Origin: Scyliorhinus canicula
Taxonomy: Eukaryota
DNA length: 64,000 nt
Reading direction: 5' to 3'
Assembly: GCF_902713615.1 (NCBI RefSeq)
Contig: NW_024056010.1
Location: 248,001-312,000 of the forward strand
The notes under the pieces were generated by a model. The model saw nothing but the letters and a program-made list of their open reading frames with translations, did no database searches and had not been told where the DNA came from. Both the position numbers and the translations under genes were made by a program. Shown piece by piece: positions 61,528 to 64,000 of this stretch. How positions within the stretch are numbered: position 1 is the stretch's first letter; each line of letters starts with the position of its first letter.

Positions 61528-64000
61528 GACGTGATTTGGTATTTTTCTACGGTGGAGAAGATGTGACTGCGTTACTTTGAATAAGTAAAATTTGTGGAAA
61601 CATTTTGCGTTTCTGACTTGCTCATGCATTGTTTCAACTCCGTGAGATTGCGCGGTTAAACGTTAACTGATTGCATGAAATACTTCAAGCACGATTGTAG
61701 GCAGAAAACAGGCAGACGTTAAAATGAAAAATTAACATTTTCAGATATGTTGGTGCATTTTTAAAAATTGTGATAATTGCAGTTTAAATAAAGACAGGGT
61801 TTATGATGCTCGCTCAGAACATATTTTGTAACTGTGGTCACAAACTATTTAATTAACAAGTTCACCAAATGGAGAGTAAAATGAATGTCATTCAAACAGC
61901 TAGAATGAGCCAATATCTCTCCGTATTGAATAAAGGTGCGGTTAAATTAATATCATTATCATCAATCCCCTTTCACAATGCTGCTGTGTACTGGGCACAA
62001 ACAACATGAACGGAAAACTTCAAGTTGTAAGTATTTTTTTTATTATCCCTGCAAATATTTCAATAAGACATTCTGATTCCAATCAGTGTTCAGTTTCACA
62101 AGCAATTTTGAAGTAATTGTTATATCCCAGGCTAAAACAGATAAATGAACATTCGCATTTACTTACATAGGAGTTTTATATTGCATTTTGGCAATATATG
62201 CATCCGGTTATGATATTATTTGTGTGCAGCCGCAACTATATTATCCCATCAATTTTATTTGTACTTTGACAGTGAGGTAATTATAATTAACCTAATCCTA
62301 AACGGTTTTGTGAAGGAATTGTTAATAATGATGTTATGTAAATAGTTGGTGTATTTTCATATGGCTTGAGATTTGCAAATAAAACAGGAAAGTGAGCGAA
62401 TTATTTTAAATCAAAAGTCTGCCAATAGCATCGAACCTGAAATCAATACCGTCTCCTATAACTGTGCTGCACACAGGAAAGAATCAGAGCTGAAATACTG
62501 ATTATATCTGACCTTTATGGTTAGTTCTTTACTAAATATTACATTGAACAAGGAAATCGCGCCTTACTTTCTAGCAAACGTTCTGAATGAATTGTTCCCA
62601 AGATTTAGATGCTTCAGTTTGGCTCTTCTCGAATTAATAATATATTTATTAACATATTTCCGGCAATTGTGTGAATTGCAGGTGTAATTTTGAAAAATTG
62701 CCCGAGTTATTAAATCCAGGTAGTACCGTTACCGCTCACAAACTGCGGATATATATAGGCCCTGACAGTTTCTGATCAATAAAGTTGCTGCCTGCAGGTT
62801 ATAACACAGACATTTTTTAAATATTCACTCCTGTAATAATATATATAGTTACGATTTACGACAATATTTAAATATGAGAGTCTTGTTTTGCCAACCAGCT
62901 GATATTACAGCCCATAAACCGACCGTGCGAAGTGGCCCACTCAAAATTAGGAACTACTTAAAATATTCCACTCAAATGCATCATGTAAACCACTTACAGA
63001 GAATTAATTGAGGTTATAAAACATGAACGTCTTTACGAATATTTTAGTGTTTACATGTTTGTCGGTAAAAAAGGGCAGTTATAGGTATTGCCCATTTTAA
63101 ATTCTTAAAATGTGATTAGATTTAAATAAAATGACATATATGTCTCAATATTTCCCTCTGTTAATTTTATTTGTATTGCGTAACATAGGTTAAGTGCCAT
63201 ACTAATTCAGTTTACCCCAATTATTTCACAAAGTATTAGGCAGAAACATATTTTGAAATGTCAAAATTATTTTTTATTATTGAGTACAAATCTGTTAACA
63301 AGCAAATTAACTGTAACCATAATAACTCGAACTTATTCTACACACATGTGATCTCCTACAACTGAGTAATTTCAGTGAGCTCATGGCCCCGGCCGTTAGG
63401 ATTCACTCTTCCCGCCGGCGGCGCACCCCCTCCGGCGGCTTTCCCGACGGAGTGGGGTGGCTTAAATGGCAAATCCTATTGGCAAGTGGCAGGAGGGGAG
63501 AATCCCCCCGCCAACGAGCGGTGCGGCACCGAGCAAACGCTTCTCTTGGATGGGAAAAACCAGTCCCAGATCTCAACGTTTAGGAAGAATGTTTAATTGC
63601 ATCCAAAATAAATTGAGAAAACAACACATATATTTCGTCAACTGTAAGGTGCTCGGTAAGGAGCTTGGCCTTGATTTCTTTGTTAGCTACATTCCATTAC
63701 GAAATTATTATGTCAAACCAGTGGAGAATGAGTTTTGAATATGAATGCTTCCCGGTTTGTGTGTTGCTTCCCCTGTCACTGCGTGTCTTTTGAGAACATC
63801 AAATTATCCCTAATCTGCAAAGCTTGATATGCTCATATTCAGGGGAACTAAATCTATGTTTTTTCAAGATTGAATGTCAAAGGCGTTATTATTGTAGTAA
63901 TGGATCATTGATCAAATAGAATCACAGTTTGAATGAAATTGACAGACTGAACGTACTTATCTGCTGGAAACTCGGTTGTAGCACTGCTTGTGTCTGTTCA

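Noticed and set aside
63390-63580. GC-rich island with imperfect inverted repeats as a promoter or gene
   Set aside because: Looks like a decayed MITE-type repeat; no credible ORF or splice structure
61022-64000. Constant-region exon for the joined VDJ
   Set aside because: No Ig C1-type frame with suitable splice sites found; AT-rich intron-like DNA. The ORF-track extension to 61104 is read-through past the J donor

Overview
Repeat-rich vertebrate genomic DNA, almost certainly from a shark or other cartilaginous fish (elasmobranch HE1-type SINEs, CR1/HER1 LINEs, Penelope relics, shark-type IgM VH); the SINE tails suggest a catshark-like species, but that is unverified. Layout: (1) 0.4-10.2 kb, a cluster of T-cell-receptor alpha/delta-like V segments in both orientations: one intact gene with a perfect 23-RSS (5881-6431, minus) and at least five pseudogenes or fragments, plus a lone tRNA-Thr(CGT). 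(2) 10.2-32.5 kb, a tandem tRNA array of 8 units (about 2.3 kb, two shortened to about 1.87 kb) carrying Val(AAC), Val(TAC) and Arg(ACG) genes and pseudogenes. It is bracketed by a direct duplication holding Val(CAC) and a degenerate tRNA-Pro(AGG) with an 18-nt insert at the canonical intron site. (3) 32.5-43.4 kb, nested CR1 LINEs and SINEs. (4) An intact two-exon GPR139/142-like class A GPCR (43434-45941, minus). (5) 46-60 kb, mostly old retroelements. (6) 60470-61021, an open, already joined IgM-type heavy-chain leader-VDJ exon pair with no RSS, with no constant exon in the remaining 3 kb. The most notable items are this pre-joined IgH VDJ about 50 kb from TCR V segments, the intron-like tRNA-Pro, and three Val anticodons on one tRNA backbone. 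All alignments were done by eye, so element boundaries are approximate unless a TSD or splice site is cited.
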